Shown here: in pieces, positions 7,947 to 17,007 of the stretch
Numbering within the stretch: the first letter of the stretch is position 1
How the letters are laid out: each line of letters opens with the position of its first letter
Assembly (NCBI GenBank): GCA_018985225.1
Contig: JADGIF010000124.1
Location: forward strand, 1 to 18,761
From: Amoeboradix gromovi X-113
Lineage: Eukaryota > Fungi > Sanchytriomycota
Direction: 5' to 3'
Length of the DNA: 18,761 nt
Made by a program: the position numbers and the translations under genes
The notes under the pieces: generated by a model
Databases searched by the model: none
What the model was told of the DNA's origin: nothing
What the model saw: the letters and a program-made list of their open reading frames with translations, nothing else

Positions 7947-8505
7947 CTGTTTTCTCAAATTTTATCACACTCATATCGTTAAAGGCATGAGGGTCAATCC
8001 ATGACTCAGTGCGGATAGGTATTTCTACCAGATTATAGTTCAGTGGTGCGCGGTCATCTTCAATAGTGTTCCGAAATTGAGTCCACAGTTTTGCAAAACT
8101 TTTTAAATCTGAGTAAAATCGCTTGTCTCTTATTGCGGAATAACTGGTTCCGATAATAGTTATTTTGTCAAGTTGAAATAAGTTTTGTTGTACTATCCTC
8201 TCCATCAGCTGGTATTCACAATGCGGCATGTAAAACAACGAGTTATTACCATTACCGACATATTCCTCCAAAACTTCTAAACCAAATTTTTTTAGTATAT
8301 CTAGATCCTCTTTCTCGAATATGGGATCATAAACAGTTATTTTTTTAGAGTTCATATGAAGAAGCCATGATAATTGCCATTGTGCGACAGACTTGTTCAA
8401 TGGACCTAATCCCAAACAGATTATGTTAGAAAATACGCAATTAGAATATTCCAAGATGGCTGAGTTACCTAATTGTTCCTTTTTCAGGACTATCAGTTTG
8501 TCCAT
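7942..8505 (-). CDS. SRR1: SRR1-domain protein (SRR1/Ber1 family)
   Basis: IICLGLG, A.WQL..L, VYDPIF...D, LFYMPHC...L, IIG.S and HAFNDMSV..F are typical SRR1-domain motifs. Confidence 0.88.
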   Translation of the reverse strand: MDKLIVLKKEQLGNSAILEYSNCVFSNIICLGLGPLNKSVAQWQLSWLLHMNSKKITVYDPIFEKEDLDILKKFGLEVLEEYVGNGNNSLFYMPHCEYQLMERIVQQNLFQLDKITIIGTSYSAIRDKRFYSDLKSFAKLWTQFRNTIEDDRAPLNYNLVEIPIRTESWIDPHAFNDMSVIKFEKTA

Positions 8506-8545
8506 GCGCCAGTTTCGCTAGGAGTAACTGAGAATCAAAATAATC

Positions 8546-8617
8546 TGCTCGCAGGAAGAATCGAACCTCCGTCTGGACGGCCACAACGTCCTGTACTAAC
8601 CACTATACGATACGAGC
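8546..8617 (-). tRNA. tRNA-His (anticodon GUG), intronless
   Basis: 72-nt cloverleaf: acceptor GCTCGTA/TGCGAGC, D region TAGTGGTTA, anticodon arm GGACG-TTGTGGC-CGTCC, T arm GGAGG-TTCGATT-CTTCC, discriminator A, downstream TTTT. Confidence 0.95.
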
Positions 8618-8647
8618 CGAGGATTATTTTTATTTAATGTTTTTATA

Positions 8648-8955
8648 CATATGGGACATTAAATATAAAAACTAGACTAACTTTCTGAAACAGTTTGAAG
8701 CATTATTTCAAGTGTATTAACCGATAGTAAATTAGATTAAATTAATCTTATTGGTTGCACCTTTTGCTTAGACACTAAAAGACCTTATTTGAAAGAGATA
8801 GTGGGTGATCTTGTTACATTTTAGAGAGGGGAATGACATTAATGAAAGAAAATTGGCTAGAAAGAAGAAAGACTTTTACTAATAATAGTATTTCCTCCTT
8901 ATGGAGCACCTCCTTAAAAAAAGACGGTCTAGTTTTATATTTGATGTACCATCCG
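8648..8955 (+). mobile_element. MITE (35-bp TIR family), shorter and diverged copy
   Basis: Left end TA|CATATGGGACATTAAATATAAAAACTAGACTAACT. Decayed right end GTCTAGTTTTATATTTGATGTACCATCCG. Internal TGCACCTTTTGCTT and TATGGAGCACCTCCTT are shared with 10331-10783. Confidence 0.8.
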
Positions 8956-8994
8956 ATATGTTCGTATAAAAAATGATTATTAGCTCCGCAAAAC

Positions 8995-9693
8995 ATGGCA
9001 ATTGCGCTAGAAACTATATCAAATGAATTGGACATTTTGCTAAAGAATGTCTGCTCTTCACATGGATTTGAACATGCAAAATCTGTCTTGAAGCATGTGC
9101 AGCTTGCGTTAGAGGAACATCCTGAATTAGAGAACGAAACTAAACTGGCAATTGAGTTAGCTGCACTTTTACATGATGCAGATGATCATAAACTGTTTAA
9201 AACTGTGGATTATGCAAACGCTAGACAACTAATGAGAAACATACCTCAAAATATCTCAGATATGGCAATTGAAATGATTGATCTTGTATCCTGTTCTAAA
9301 AATGGAAATAAGATGGCCAAGAATGAATTTTACCTGTATCCCAGATACGCAGATAGATTGGAAGCCATAGGTAAGATTGGTGTCTGGAGGTGCTATAAGT
9401 ACTGTACTACGATTAATTCTCCACTATATACACAGAACACCATTAGATTTGAGAATGTGTCTGAGCTGAAATCGACCAGATCCAGATTTGAAAACTACAA
9501 CGGAAATAGCGATAGTATGATTGACCATTTTTATGACAAACTGCTGCATCTGGCTGATTTTGAATCTGATAACAAATACTTTACTACTGCAAAGAAAGAG
9601 AGAACTCAGCCAATTATTGATACCGTGATGCTGTTTGGACGTCAAGGATATATTACTGCAGAACAGATAAATCAAATTTGTTCTGAAGATTAA
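8995..9693 (+). CDS. HD-domain metal-dependent phosphohydrolase (YpgQ-like)
   Basis: SHGFEHA...LAALLHDADDHK...YADRLEAIG.IG..R...DHFYDKLL. Confidence 0.88.
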   Translation: MAIALETISNELDILLKNVCSSHGFEHAKSVLKHVQLALEEHPELENETKLAIELAALLHDADDHKLFKTVDYANARQLMRNIPQNISDMAIEMIDLVSCSKNGNKMAKNEFYLYPRYADRLEAIGKIGVWRCYKYCTTINSPLYTQNTIRFENVSELKSTRSRFENYNGNSDSMIDHFYDKLLHLADFESDNKYFTTAKKERTQPIIDTVMLFGRQGYITAEQINQICSED

Positions 9694-10330
9694 GACACTT
9701 TAAGAGTAAATACGCAATACCTTAAAATAGCGCTTAAAACACCAGCCTTGACTGTTTTTTCAATCTGGCTAACCTTTGTGGTGCTGCTTGTTTAAAGTTT
9801 TTGTCCAGACTTTGCCATACAGTATATATCACCACGAGGGACTACTAAGGTAGTTTATGACATTATACACAACTATATCCAGTGTTAGAGAAATAACATC
9901 AACTTACGCTGAGAGCTCGTACCAAAAATACACTTGAGGTACTGCTTTATTTACGAGTTTAGAGTCGTAGTAGGCGATGAAGGATCAGTGAAGTACTTTC
10001 TTGGAAAATTGGCTGAGAGAAAGGAGATCTGAATTGAACATTCTATGAGAATCTGCATTTAATGGCAGCGATTTTATTACAGAATTCCGAAGTTTGAACA
10101 AAATTAATCAGTTTGTTATCAGAAAAGTATTGTCGTTTGCATATAAGTTTTTTGCTAATCGAGTTTCTTCCCAATAGACATCATTGAAGCGATTGGATGG
10201 ATACGTTGTACATTCCAAACAGTGATAAATTAAGTAATAACAAGGCACATAGTTCGGAAGGCTGATCCTTTAGCTGAGAAAACACAACTACTGGTAACTC
10301 CAAGACAAGAGATGGAGTCTCGCTTTTTTA

Positions 10331-10783
10331 CATTTGGGACACCAAATATAAAAACTGGACTAACTTTCTATAACAACTTGGCACATTATTTCAGCTTTAA
10401 TTTTATGGATTCAAGAGGCGAGTGGACATTCAGCTAGTTGCGGAGTTGACGAGTATAAAAGGAAAATAAATATTCTGTACAGCTATTCTCTTACTCTTTC
10501 ATCCAATCTTTATTTCAAATAAAATATCACTAATACACTTCAAAGAAATAGACAAGAGTAATAATGTTAGTTTAACATTACAAAATGACTCTAGAAAAGA
10601 GTACCGTCTAAGAAAATGCACCTTTTGCTTGGATGCTCAAAGACCTCATATATTTGAAGAGGGGATTGATAGTAATGAAAGAAAATTGGTATAATAAAAG
10701 ATCTTTTATTAATGATATCCTCCGTATGGAGCACCTCCTTTAATAACGAGTTAGTCTAGTTTTTATATTTGGTGTCCCAACTG
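10331..10783 (+). mobile_element. MITE, complete 453-bp copy with 35-bp TIRs (Tc1/mariner-like ends)
   Basis: TIRs 10331-10365 and 10749-10783 match at 33/35 (CAGTTGGGACACCAAATATAAAAACTAGACTAACT). TA on the left, TT on the right. No long ORF. Confidence 0.88.
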
Positions 10784-11817
10784 TTTTACTTCAAATAAGA
10801 TAACTTTTCGGAGAGATATATATAGTATCCAAATTTCTTTTATATACCACTGGGAACAGCTTGATAACTGACAGATACCTTTTTTATTAATGCATCACCC
10901 ATTTTTTTCAATGCATTGAAATCTATCTAAAAAGCGTTTAGAAACTCTGCAAGAACTATCTGTAAACAGTTTTTTGAAAGCTGGACAAAACCACTTTAGA
11001 ACACCCAGAACCATGAGGGAGTAGCAAAAAAGCTACAGCACATGGGATTCCCACCCCGTCTCCGATGGCAGTACTAACCATGCCAGCACCTGCTTGACTT
11101 CTGAAATTTGACAGGATCAGGTATTTCCAGGTGTGTATGGCCGTAGCTAACAAGTACGCCTGACATTAATTATTAACAGTTCCTGGTTAACAAGTAAGAA
11201 TTTATTAACTACATTTCCTCAATTACAGCTCAAATATCTCGTCAGGATAATGAGTTTGCCATTGACTGCATTTTCGGGATTTTTCGACCAGTATAACCTT
11301 ACTGAATCTGCATTTGAGATATAATTAGTATAGCGTTATTTATCTGATGCATGACTGGATGATGTAGAACACAGACTTTTTCAAAACTTATCAGTAGGCT
11401 ACTTGTCTACTATTTTGTTACAAGTTTGAACACAATACAGTTTCATGCTATAGAATTCGAAATGCTATCAGTTCTGGTTCATATCCATTTAAGGAAAGCG
11501 AGACGCAATATGAATTTCGACACCTTAGTCTTAACTGCACAGCTTAATTCAAGTCTCAGAATGATAAAAAGTATTGATCGCTTGGCATGTTCTTGTCTTT
11601 CGTGTTTCTAAGAGTTATAACAGAAAGTTAAAGTAAAATAATCAGTAGTTCAGGTTTAGGTCAAAACAATAAAATAGTTTAGTTTCCTAAACATTTATCT
11701 GAATTTGTAGCTACGATTTTTCAAAACCTGAATGTTAGGAATATGTTATATCTCGTATTGGTACCCTTTAATTTTGAAGAAAATTCTTCGAGAAAATCAA
11801 TATCGGTAAAGGCATAT

Positions 11818-12699
11818 TTACTCAATTATCGTCAGTTTCATACTAAGTCCAGTATCAAATTCAGTAGCCAATCCTGAATGGATATCCAATGATCTTTTTA
11901 ATTTCTTCGATCCAATAGTAATTTCGATATCTAAAAGTTTACTTATTTTCAATATTTCGTATGCCTTGTTTAAACTTTTCAAAGGCACCGAAATTAAGCA
12001 AGCAGATACGCTATCCTTTTTCTTTTGCAATGAAACCATGGATTTAACATCCAAATCAAAATCAAGTGGGATTGCGAAAATGCTGAGGTTCATTGTGCCA
12101 TCCATTATTTTGTTTGATTTGATATAATCTGATAAATTGCTTTCAAATTTAACACTGATTGTTACGCTTGCTTCCACTAACTTAAAATCTAATCTTTCAT
12201 AAGTCTTATTGTTTATCTTCGCATTTAAAAATTTATTTTGTAAAATACAATAGATGTTGGTAACAAGTTCGATTGGGTTCTCTTTACAATGAAGAATCAC
12301 AATACCAGCAGGGACCATATTAAATTCATTAATGTCAGATATGCAGTTTCCGCGAATGTCAAGGATCTTCAGCGACTCTGGCATTTTGCACAGACGATCA
12401 ATTTTGTTATAGGCAATTCCAAGAATTTGTATTTGATCAGGTACATTCTTCATGTGCCTTAGATTGTTGCCATTCAAGTACAATATTTGTAGTTTAGATG
12501 GCCATTTGATGTCAAGTTCAGATAAGAAATTGCATGATAAATTCAACTCTCTCAAGTTGCCATAATTTTTCAGTTGAATGTCCTGTAAGTTCAAATCGCT
12601 CATGTCCAAATGCAATATGAACATACTCATCATTTCCTCAGACCATTCATTCTTCAAATACTTAAATTCAGGGGATGTCGCTTTCTTAAACAACATCAT
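11818..12699 (-). CDS. Leucine-rich-repeat protein
   Basis: Repeated LxxLxLxxNxL units: LRELNLSCNFLSEL, LQILYLNGNNLRHM, IQILGIAYNKIDRL, LKILDIRGNCISDI. Confidence 0.85.
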   Translation of the reverse strand: MMLFKKATSPEFKYLKNEWSEEMMSMFILHLDMSDLNLQDIQLKNYGNLRELNLSCNFLSELDIKWPSKLQILYLNGNNLRHMKNVPDQIQILGIAYNKIDRLCKMPESLKILDIRGNCISDINEFNMVPAGIVILHCKENPIELVTNIYCILQNKFLNAKINNKTYERLDFKLVEASVTISVKFESNLSDYIKSNKIMDGTMNLSIFAIPLDFDLDVKSMVSLQKKKDSVSACLISVPLKSLNKAYEILKISKLLDIEITIGSKKLKRSLDIHSGLATEFDTGLSMKLTIIE

Positions 12700-12720
12700 T
12701 TGGCCTTCATTTACATTTTG

Positions 12721-15630
12721 ATGACTAAATTAGCAGAAGGTGTTTTTTGCATAAGGAACATGTTAGAGCATGTTAGCAACAAGCTTAGATGTTCCCCTAT
12801 GAAACTTTGTGAGTTCATCATGCACTACAATTTTCAGGATTTTCTGTACGATCTCTCCAAATCATCCACGGATTCTACTCAATACCTTACAGTTTGCGAT
12901 AAATTGAATGAGCTCGACGGCAGTTGTTGCAATCATCATCAAGATGTGCTTAATGTCTTGCTACCACATTTATTGGATTTGCTGTCCAGAAATGAATTAG
13001 TCATAAAAATTGGTTCCATAAAAATGATATCATATTTGTGTTTCTCCAAGGAACTCCAAATTCCGTTCATTTTGTCTAATTTTACTGATTTGATGCTTAC
13101 CTACCCTAGTTTAGACTTGGAAATACTCTCACAAGTATCCAGTATAACATCAGTATCTTTGCTTGAGCAGAACATACAGCAAATACTCAAAATACTCCAT
13201 AAATCATTTGGCTACAGAAAACATTCCACTTCGCCTTGGGGTTCAAAGTATCCTCACAAAACCGGTTCCACTGAAGCATGCATCTGTGATATCTCAAACT
13301 CTCTACTCTGTACTCTTTTGTCTTTAAATTTATGCTCTTCCTCAGATGTATTTCAGATATTCCATATATTGAAACCCAACTTATCTGTGGATGCCCAGGT
13401 CCTCTATTTAAAATCAACTCCCTCCACTGATCTTCTTGACCTTACCTTTGATTCTCAACCAGCATTCTTTATTTACAACAAGTTTTTTCTAAATTTTAAT
13501 ACTTCAAATCTATTTGATTCCTGTGTGCTTCAGTTTATTTTGCCAATTTGCAACTCTAATTTACCATATAGCAATACTTTGTTGTTGCTATTCCAGCCTA
13601 TGCTGACTAACCCACTGTATCTCAATGATTTATTGCAAACGTCTTTAAACTGTTCGGCACCTACTTTGGGTGTTATTTTGTTTGACATTCTCATTAATGT
13701 CAAAGAAATAGATGCATTTAAACGTTCAATTACACTTTTGAACGCCCTTAACCCCACCACTCCGCACTTTATCAATAACTTTAAACTATCATTTGAGGGA
13801 GACCTAATAAGCATAAACAATTACACAGTAGATTCCAACACATTTAACACTATCATATTAAGATGGTTAATTGATATGTTAAAATCAAATCATTATTCCA
13901 CCATTTATTCAACTTTTAATGTTTTCCAACAGCTGCTAGCTACACATCACTACTTCCTGCTTGATCACTATGCTATACTGTTAAAAACATTGCTGTCCAT
14001 AATATTTACAAGTCCTTTTGACTCTATCCCCTCAAATGTGTCTTTATATCATCAATGTTTGTTCACGATCGATTTATTTATCCCCATTCATACTATTTGT
14101 AGATTTGACAAATCGCAATTGGACGAGCTCGTTGCGTGTTATGACACAGCTCTTAAGAAGTGGCCATCTATTGCAAAGTCTACTATACACTCTATTGATG
14201 TTTTAATCCATTCATGCCAATCTAGCATGTGCAGATTCCTTCCATCCATTTTGGAGACTTGTGTTCAAATCATTGGACATGTTAATACTTCCGTTTATGT
14301 TCTTGAAATGCTCTCATCTTTATCAAATGTACCCAACGTGTATAAAAACATGAATGAGTCTGATTTCAAAACAATCTTCGGTATCGCCTTCCAATACATC
14401 TGTACACCAAACTATAAACAATATGATATGTATTTGGCTTTTAGCGTTGTTAATACGTGGCTGCTGCACGTTAGGAATGCCCCATTTGCATTTTTATTGA
14501 ACAGACTAGAAATGGCTCTAACTTCGAATCCACGGGTGCGCGACAGGCTGATTATTTGCGCAGATTATACCAGCCGATTGCAGCTGAAAGCAATGACTAA
14601 CGTGGATGTAGACGTAGATAGCAAAAGCAGTGAATATTACATACATGGCCATTGTTTAGTAACAATTGTGAATGACTACGTCGTAGTACGCAGACCATCA
14701 GGAACCACAGTGCACAGCAAGGAAGACATTCTAGTAGACAAGCTACCATGTAATATGGAATTTAAAACCAGATCCAACTCTATTTTCAGAAAACCGAGCA
14801 TTTCATTAAGGAATACTAACACGATACAGCAGCTACTGCAGGCATTTCCCTCAGAATGTTTTATAAATGGCAACAAGAGAATACAGGAGTTTATATACTG
14901 TCAAAGTGCATCGCACTTGCTTGTTGACGAGCTGTTTAGTGTGCAATTGCAAATTAATGAAAAATTAATTAGAAATGTGAATGTCCTGGATCATACTCCA
15001 ACAGTTGATTTTCACAAGTATGGCATGTATTATATCAACACGGGACAATCGGAATATGAGATATTTAGCAACACCAGCATGCCAAGTGATTTCATGATGA
15101 TTTACAGGCAGTTTGGGGAATTAATGCCGTTGGATTCGAAAAAGCTGAAATACAAAGGAGGCTTGGAATACAAGGTGGATGGGGAAGAGGTTATGGTATG
15201 GCAAGATGAAATAACATACATGGTGTTTATAAATAGCGTAATGATGCCAAACGATGATAACGATCGAAGCAGGAATAATAAAAAAAGACATGTAGGGAAT
15301 TGCCATGTTAACATTGTGTTTAAAGAGAGAAATGCTGAATACAAGCCCATAAAGAGCCAGAATGTGATGGCCGTGATACTGATTGAGCCATGGGAGTACA
15401 ACAATTTATATAAAATTAGTTTAATACCAAACAAGAACATGCCATATATCGGACCATTGCATAAACACAGGATAATGGCCAAAGAATATGTGGGAGTATT
15501 CACAAGACAGATAGCATTTCATTGCAACATATATGCCCAAATATACATGAAGATAATGAATGATGACTCCGAGTATATCTCAGATTGGAGGCAGAGGCTA
15601 ATGATTATTGAGAAGCTGACAAACAAATAA
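12721..15630 (+). CDS. TSC2: Tuberin/TSC2-like Rap/Ran-GAP domain protein
   Basis: Tuberin-like region (VYVLEMLSSL...P..YKN....FKTIFGIAFQYI) and a C-terminal Rap-GAP domain (LDHTPTVDFHKYG.YY...GQ, YKGGL, KKRHVGN.HV.IVF). ATG 12721 preferred over 12610 because the latter overlaps the LRR gene. Confidence 0.88.
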   Translation: MTKLAEGVFCIRNMLEHVSNKLRCSPMKLCEFIMHYNFQDFLYDLSKSSTDSTQYLTVCDKLNELDGSCCNHHQDVLNVLLPHLLDLLSRNELVIKIGSIKMISYLCFSKELQIPFILSNFTDLMLTYPSLDLEILSQVSSITSVSLLEQNIQQILKILHKSFGYRKHSTSPWGSKYPHKTGSTEACICDISNSLLCTLLSLNLCSSSDVFQIFHILKPNLSVDAQVLYLKSTPSTDLLDLTFDSQPAFFIYNKFFLNFNTSNLFDSCVLQFILPICNSNLPYSNTLLLLFQPMLTNPLYLNDLLQTSLNCSAPTLGVILFDILINVKEIDAFKRSITLLNALNPTTPHFINNFKLSFEGDLISINNYTVDSNTFNTIILRWLIDMLKSNHYSTIYSTFNVFQQLLATHHYFLLDHYAILLKTLLSIIFTSPFDSIPSNVSLYHQCLFTIDLFIPIHTICRFDKSQLDELVACYDTALKKWPSIAKSTIHSIDVLIHSCQSSMCRFLPSILETCVQIIGHVNTSVYVLEMLSSLSNVPNVYKNMNESDFKTIFGIAFQYICTPNYKQYDMYLAFSVVNTWLLHVRNAPFAFLLNRLEMALTSNPRVRDRLIICADYTSRLQLKAMTNVDVDVDSKSSEYYIHGHCLVTIVNDYVVVRRPSGTTVHSKEDILVDKLPCNMEFKTRSNSIFRKPSISLRNTNTIQQLLQAFPSECFINGNKRIQEFIYCQSASHLLVDELFSVQLQINEKLIRNVNVLDHTPTVDFHKYGMYYINTGQSEYEIFSNTSMPSDFMMIYRQFGELMPLDSKKLKYKGGLEYKVDGEEVMVWQDEITYMVFINSVMMPNDDNDRSRNNKKRHVGNCHVNIVFKERNAEYKPIKSQNVMAVILIEPWEYNNLYKISLIPNKNMPYIGPLHKHRIMAKEYVGVFTRQIAFHCNIYAQIYMKIMNDDSEYISDWRQRLMIIEKLTNK

Positions 15631-15833
15631 GTAAATAACGTCAACTGTGTCACGACTTAACTTTGTCTATAAACAAAATTCATGATGAAATGCACTAGGG
15701 GCATATGATAATCTTTCCTGCGCGGACAAATGCTATATAGTTCACGTAGAGGGTAACTTTGTGTCTCTTGGTTTTTGTATTTAAATGGCATGTTCTGGGT
15801 ATGATTTCGAGACATTTGTCAAACTAGAGTATA

Positions 15834-16386
15834 CTCCTCCTTAAAAGTCCTGATTTCCAAGAAAATCGAGAATATCCACAGAGAACTAGCAGTGCTAGGT
15901 GCTCCGTTGCAGTGATTGCTCACGCTTGCACCAACCTGAGGCGGGATTGAATAAGGATACATATATTTGTATATATTACTTGCTGCCATATGGTCTCTAT
16001 CTCCAAATGACACTTCAGCTGTAAGTTTCTAAGTTGGTTTTCTTTAGAGTACCACACCTTGTACATGTCTGGCTAGTAAGTGCTTCATTCCATTCGATTA
16101 TCGTCTTTCCTCTTTGTTTACATTTGAACTTCAAGCATTCCTTGAATAAATTGTGCAAATATCACTGTCTAGGCATTGAAAGACATCTAATTCTTCTATG
16201 TTTGGACCAGTTCCTCAGCGCTGATGAATGTATGCTGTACCTGTTATTTCTTTAGATTTGATTTACCACTTGCGAAAATGAAGAATATCGAGCATTCAAG
16301 CTATTATAAAAATCTTGAAAAGTCTTGGAATCATATAAAAATGCATACTAATTCGCGATAAATGATTTATTCAGGATACAATCGAG
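15834..16386 (-). mobile_element. IS607/Fanzor2-derived non-autonomous element, copy C
   Basis: Aligns with A and B. Encodes YSIHSSALRNWSKHRRIRCLSMP, YLHNLFKECLKFKCKQRGK, TSQTCTRCG and DRDHMAASNIYK (ORF 15819..16013). Starts after CAG (16389-16387) and ends in GAGGAG. Confidence 0.9.
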
Positions 16387-16469
16387 CTGTTTTTATTCGA
16401 TCAAAATTGATGGCTGGATTCTAGGAAAAGATTGTGGCCATTCAAGAACATTAAGAAAATGAGCAATAA

Positions 16470-16970
16470 TCATTTATTTTTCAACTCCATAGATGCCTCG
16501 AAATAAACATTTAAGATACACTCCTCAATATGTTTAGTTTCTACATTATGAACACCAAATTCATCGTACCCGATTAGCTGTTTCTTTGCAATACTGTTAT
16601 GGAATACGACCAGGTGCGGCAATACTTTTATATTGAACTTTTCAACAATAAATGAACACTCCATTACATGGCAATAACCAAATTTAGTTTTCGGATATTT
16701 TTTCGCTAAAATAGTTAAGTGCTGATCCATTTCTTGACATAACTTGAAATCAGGATGTCTGAAGTGTAGAACAACTTTGGGCAAAGTAGTTGTCAACTTT
16801 AAGATATCCTCATCGTTTTTGATATATGTATACTGACCACATTGAAATTCATCGTATTTCGCTTGTTCTGCGCATTGTTTTTTCAATTGGAGTATTCTGT
16901 TTTCGTAAATAGCATTTGAGAAGTCTTCGTTTTCTAATTCCTCAAATAACAAATCATCACTAGCTGGCAT
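16470..16970 (-). CDS. PLP1: Phosducin-like thioredoxin-fold protein (Plp1/TXNDC9 family)
   Basis: DDLLFEELE, Y.ENRI.QLK, VVLHF.HPDF..C..MD.HL..LAKKY..TKF, F.VEK.NIKVLP, GYDEFG. Confidence 0.88.
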   Translation of the reverse strand: MPASDDLLFEELENEDFSNAIYENRILQLKKQCAEQAKYDEFQCGQYTYIKNDEDILKLTTTLPKVVLHFRHPDFKLCQEMDQHLTILAKKYPKTKFGYCHVMECSFIVEKFNIKVLPHLVVFHNSIAKKQLIGYDEFGVHNVETKHIEECILNVYFEASMELKNK

Positions 16971-17007
16971 TGTGAATTTTTTGAATTTGCCTCGGTTTCA
17001 AGTTGAG

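Noticed and set aside
10956-11611. Short ORFs 10956..11153 and 11426..11611
   Set aside because: Non-ATG starts and no motifs; cannot be supported.
13187-15503. Short antisense or alternate-frame ORFs inside TSC2, and similar ones in CIA30, zeta-COP, DUF4238 and HD genes
   Set aside because: Shadow ORFs of well-supported genes.
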